A DNA stretch of 64,000 nucleotides from Lingula anatina (Eukaryota; Animalia; Brachiopoda): the NCBI GenBank assembly GCA_051362555.1, contig CM120648.1:9792587-9856586 (forward strand). The letters are read 5' to 3'. Within the stretch, counting starts at the first letter, position 1. Each line of letters starts with the position of its first letter. A program made the position numbers and the translations under genes. Positions 62,166 through 64,000 of this stretch are shown here, piece after piece. The notes beneath the pieces are model-generated. The model was not told the origin of the DNA. It worked only from the letters and a program-made list of their open reading frames with translations, and made no database searches.

Positions 62166-64000
62166 ATGATCAAGTTTTGCTTTATTGCTGCACTGCTCAT
62201 CTTTGCTGGCTTCCCAGGTAGGGCGGGCTCGAAGTTAACAATATTAAAATTTAATGAGCTGAATGCAATAAAAATATTTTATTATAGTACTATTATTCTA
62301 AGAGAATAATACGGAGATGCAAAATTAGCAATAAGTACTTGGAGACAACTCCAAAGTTCCAAAAAATTATACCTGAGCAGCTAATTTTTTTTTGAGATTT
62401 TTTCCATGTGATACATGCCTTTTCCAATGGTACGTTTATTAATTTAATTTTCAAAGAAGAGCCACCAAAAAGGTTTATTTGGCATCTTATGTGCTGGCTG
62501 GAAAATATCGAGAAGCATTCAGTTTTTTAAGGTTTAATCATGTACAGGATGGCAAGTAAGCAGCCACAAAGTTACCTTGAGAGAGTTTGAAGTGGCCTTA
62601 AGCCCCCTTTACACTGGATGGCGTCCTTTTTGCGTCCTGTAGTATGGCCCTGTTTGAGAGTAAAAAAAAAAAAAAATCTTATGTGCTGACAACTGGCCAA
62701 TCACTGAGCATTCATTCTGCAACCAAAGAATGCAGACAGGACGCGGTCCAGTGTAAAAGGAGTTTAAGTGGGAGAAAATTTTGAAGTGATCTTAGCAAGT
62801 GCAAAGCACATTCAGCTGAACCAGTTCAGGCCAGATGAAGAGTCAGCTGCTCTAATTATAAAATGAAAAAAAAAAAAAAAAAAAAACCTTCACCAAGCTG
62901 TAAACTGAAAATTTTGTTATTTTATGCATGGTTTACTTATTAAATAGTTATTTATATGTTGAGGGTTTCAAGCTTTTGTATTTTTTTTTACAATTTAGTT
63001 GAAGTAAAATCACATACTTCCTGATAATGTCATTTACAATTATGGGGAGACATATAAGGAAGGTCTGCTTTCATGAAAAATGGTTATTTTTATTAAGAAG
63101 CTGGTTAAATCTGTCTATTTTATGCAGCCACCTAAAAGTTGCAGTGCAATATTATTATATAACTATTTTTCAAAGTCGTGAAACAGATTATACACATGTC
63201 CAAGCCTGCAGGCATCATGGCGTCGTTCTCTGTTTGTCTATCCAGTGTTTCAGAACAGAAAGTTGACCTAACTTTTAACATAAAAGATAACAAGGCAGAT
63301 ACATTTTTGGTCTTCACCGTTGCTAGTAAAGCAGGGGCAGATACAGAGATATTGTCTGACAGTTTTCCAAATTATCTTTGTAGATCCATCCTCCATTTTT
63401 GAGCATCTTCCAACAGAAAAAAAGGTGATACTCGTCAAACTTTAAAATCCAGCAGACCTAGAAGACGACCTCAATCTACCCCTGTCAAGCGTATATTGAA
63501 ATTTTAAAAAATATTTGATCCTAGTCATGACTGACAAGTGTAATTCTGTGCTGTTGCTTACCTTAAAAATATTATCTTAAAATGTTATTTCCTAAAGTGC
63601 AGGTTAAATGTAACTGACCAACACAATTACTCATTTTGAGAGAATTTTCCAGGTAATACGAATATTCTACCATGCAGTAAATCTTCTACATAGTTGCTTT
63701 TTCCACCAGTATAATTATTTGGAACTTCAGAGTACATATTTATAAGGAATTTTTTAGGGGTTATTAAGAATATCCTTTGCCTTCGAAAATACCTCACAGT
63801 CATTTTTTTCAGCGATTCAGCTTATTTAACCCAAATAAGTAAAAACAAACAAAATGAATAAAAAAATTGATATAAATATTTTTCTTCTTCTTCAAATCAC
63901 ATACAGAGAGTACTAGTGAGTGCAGCCAAGATTCGGACTGCAGTTGCTCTTACTGTACCTACGGAGGCAACCCTCACTGTACCCAAACATGCACTGGAAC
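62166..64000 (+). CDS. Small Cys-rich secreted peptide (exons 62166-62217 and 63907->64000, runs off the window)
   Basis: Signal exon MIKFCFIAALLIFAGFP with a phase-1 donor GTAGGG. Acceptor tttcttcttcttcaaatcacatacAG, then in-frame ESTSECSQDSDCSCSYCTYGGNPHCTQTCTG. Confidence 0.72.
62601..62764. mobile_element. PIF/Harbinger-like MITE
   Basis: TTA|AGCCCCCTTTACACTGGA...TCCAGTGTAAAAGGAGTT|TAA. Confidence 0.65.

Noticed and set aside
63178-63500. ORF-like stretch that might be SMG8 exon 1 or another gene
   Set aside because: No recognisable SMG8 N-terminal motif in the minus-strand frames examined, and no coherent splice structure on the plus strand.

Overview
Eukaryotic, intron-rich, AT-rich animal genomic DNA. 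Gene and transposon families suggest a marine lophotrochozoan invertebrate; the species cannot be determined from the sequence. The ORF track misses most gene structure, so exons were assembled by hand from splice signals and reading phase. Contents in order: (1) a ~9.65 kb tandem duplication of a tail-to-tail gene pair, made of a 3-exon secreted, probably GPI-anchored somatomedin-B/Cys-rich protein with an acidic 15-aa repeat, and an intronless GT61 (DUF563)-like glycosyltransferase whose left copy is disabled by a 5' deletion and a MITE; (2) a 9-exon GT7 (beta-1,4-galactosyltransferase-family) gene with atypical active-site residues, a retro-insertion-associated duplication of its first two coding exons, and a dead Tc1 in intron 2; (3) an 18-exon secreted protein with 16 exon-encoded Ser/Lys-rich (KSSKKSS, silaffin-like) repeats, all flanked by phase-1 introns, followed by two DUF3011/ADEL-lectin-like domains - the most striking feature; (4) SMG8 on the minus strand, with its 5' exons not found in the window; (5) a small Cys-rich secreted-peptide gene on the plus strand, apparently nested in an SMG8 intron. 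Many MITEs are present, including two families with 5-bp TSDs. No CRISPR, rRNA or tRNA was recognised. Family assignments come from motif recognition, not database searches.
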